64,000 nucleotides of DNA, from the NCBI GenBank assembly GCA_964106645.2, contig OZ067040.1; one strand, 5' to 3'. This DNA comes from Podarcis pityusensis (lineage: Eukaryota). Positions within the stretch are counted from its first letter, which is position 1. Each line of letters opens with the position of its first letter. The position numbers were made by a program, and so were the translations under genes. Shown here piece by piece: positions 63,001 through 64,000 of this stretch. Below the pieces are notes generated by a model. It was not told the DNA's origin. It saw only the letters and a program-made list of their open reading frames with translations, and made no database searches.

Positions 63001-64000
63001 TTCATTAGTTTAACCTTCCATTCGATTTCCTGGTTTATCAGTTTAGAATATTGTGTTTGATAAAGTTTAATTTCTCTCAGAGTTGGCTGTGACTTCGGAT
63101 TCACTCTTAACTTCTTCTCTAATTCTTTTATTTTATCCAAGATCTTATCTTTTTTCTCATTTTGTGTTCTTTTCTTTACTGCATTCTGTTGTATCAAGAA
63201 TCCCCTCATTACAGCTTTACTTGCGTCCCAGACCATTCTTTTTTCCACCGTAGTATTCATATTTATCTCAAAGTAATCCTTCAAAACTTTTTGGGCCTTC
63301 TTGGTAATTTCCTGATCTCTGAATAAATTGTCATTCATCTTCCATCTAAAGGATCCAGTTGGTAGTAGTGTCATATCCATCTTTACTGCATTATGGTCGG
63401 AGCAGGTCTTTGGGCAGATTTCCACTTTTCTGACCTTAGGTGCCAGGCCTCTAGATATCCATATTTGGTCGATTCTTGTCCAGGTCAGTTGGGCTTCAGA
63501 AAAGAATGTTCCCTCTCTTCCTAGTGGGTTCTTTGTCCTCCAGATGTCAATCAAATCCATATTGTCTGTCATTTCAAAAAAGATTTTAGGTAGTCTGCCG
63601 TCTTTTGTAACATTTTGACTTTGTGACTTGTCCATGTTAGTTGATACGACCCCATTCATATCTCCCATCATTATGATGTTGTTGTAGTCCAGATAATCCA
63701 GCATTGTCTCCTGCAGCTTCTTGTAAAATTCCGATTTCCCTTCATTAGGTGCATAGATTCCTAATATCAACAATTTCTCTCCTTGATGTTGTATCTCAAT
63801 TGCCAAAATTCTTCCATGTTCATCTTTAAATAAAAATTTAGGTGACAGGCTCTCTTTCGCATATATCACCACACCTCTCTTCTTAACTTTGTCCGACGAT
63901 ATAAATTCCTGGCCCAATCTTTTATTTATTAACACTTTTCTGTGGAGCCTTGTCACATGTGTTTCCTGTAGGCAAATAATGTCCAATTGTTCTTTTTTTA
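60042..64000 (-). mobile_element. Young LINE-1 element (ORF2, 3'UTR, poly-A)
   Basis: ORF2 above, about 290 nt of 3'UTR, AATAAA (plus-strand tttatt 60060-60065) and poly-A (T-run 60042-60052). Confidence 0.93.
60336..63986 (-). CDS. LINE-1 (L1 clade) ORF2p: APE endonuclease, reverse transcriptase and C-terminal CCHC knuckle; N-terminus runs off the window
   Basis: 1216-aa uninterrupted ORF. EN motifs DIICLQETH, GIYAPN, GDMN, TRIDQI, SDHNAV; Z-domain KSPGPDG; RT motifs NYRPISLLNVDYKI, IDAEKAFD, GTRQGCPISPLLF, FADD, YLG; CWKC...H...C. The frame stays open to position 64000, so the annotated TTG start is not the real start. Confidence 0.96.
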   Translation of the reverse strand: MDIICLQETHVTRLHRKVLINKRLGQEFISSDKVKKRGVVIYAKESLSPKFLFKDEHGRILAIEIQHQGEKLLILGIYAPNEGKSEFYKKLQETMLDYLDYNNIIMMGDMNGVVSTNMDKSQSQNVTKDGRLPKIFFEMTDNMDLIDIWRTKNPLGREGTFFSEAQLTWTRIDQIWISRGLAPKVRKVEICPKTCSDHNAVKMDMTLLPTGSFRWKMNDNLFRDQEITKKAQKVLKDYFEINMNTTVEKRMVWDASKAVMRGFLIQQNAVKKRTQNEKKDKILDKIKELEKKLRVNPKSQPTLREIKLYQTQYSKLINQEIEWKVKLMKQKTFESANKCGKLLAWQLKRRQRLNTVTNLEVEGKNIQNPVDIRKCFQRYFKKLYTQGPQDEVEIKQFLAKNGLSKLSQENRTILNSKITRQEIEQAIQNMQLGKSPGPDGLTSKYYKTLKDYLIQPLMEVSNETMEGKRAPESWKEAFITLIPKSEAEKTQLKNYRPISLLNVDYKIFADILASRFKKVLNEVIHKDQAGFLPGRHLFANTRNIIDILELLQTDINTKAVLIFIDAEKAFDNISWKFMMGNLKEMGVGRGFENGIEAIYSEQKAKLIVNNVVTEEFKIEKGTRQGCPISPLLFISVLEVLLNMIRGDRLVEGIQVGQKQYKLKAFADDLVLTLQKPEPSTKRVLQLINDFGRVAGFKLNKQKTKVLGKNLTDTESERFQKETELNVVKKVKYLGVNITAKNLSLFKDNYEKCWAEIKRDLDSWSKLKLSLLGRIAAIKMNVLPRMLFLFQTLQVLDKTECFQKWQRDISKFVWQGKKPRIKFKILTDAKQRGGFALPDLKLYYEAAVFCWLKDWLLLEDTDVLDLEGFNNAFGWHAYLWYDKVKANKAFKNHIVRKSLFNVWTKYKDLLENKTPRWLSPLEAKARKRPNMEAKWPKYWEILEKDGDNWKLQSLEKMKDKVRDWLHYAQIKEVFKNDKKLGFQVEKSKIETELLEPKSKVLSRMYNLLLKWNTQDEMVKSAMIRWAQDIGYNIMFEDWERLWSTGLKFTACNALKENVMKMIYRWYMTPVKLAKIYHLTDNKCWKCKECEGTFFHLWWTCPKVKAFWEMIYNELKKVFKYTFTKKPEAFLLGIVGQGVVKKDQTFFMYATTAARILLAKHWKAQDLPTLEEWQMQLIDYMELAEMTGRIRDLGEERTEEDWKKFKNYLQKHCNLSEC

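Noticed and set aside
60582-63618. Overlapping ORFs on the L1
   Set aside because: Shadow ORFs of ORF2.
1-64000. Endogenous non-retroviral virus, autonomous DNA transposase, or named host gene
   Set aside because: No ORF in the six-frame track carries recognisable viral, DDE-transposase or host-protein motifs.

Overview
Eukaryotic, repeat-rich vertebrate DNA. The Sauria SINE, Squam3/POMSINE-like SINE, CR1, L1, L2, RTE and MITE content points to a squamate reptile, probably a lacertid lizard (inference). The only recognisable proteins are retrotransposon ORF2s: an uninterrupted LINE-1 ORF2 (minus strand, 60336 to the window end), a 5'-truncated but uninterrupted CR1 ORF2 (43592-45631), and a decayed RTE. 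The CR1 sits inside a Tc1/mariner-type MITE, which sits inside the RTE, a three-level nest with readable target-site duplications. The rest is intron/intergenic-like sequence carrying many SINEs (Sauria, Squam3-like, tRNA-Lys/CR1-tailed, 5S-derived), hAT and Tc1/mariner MITEs, a solo LTR, a decayed Penelope hammerhead motif, CNE-like blocks and several small candidate exons that I cannot assign to a known gene. I see no convincing evidence of a new multi-gene system. The best leads are listed as findings with their limits. Family names come from recalled consensus features, not from database searches.
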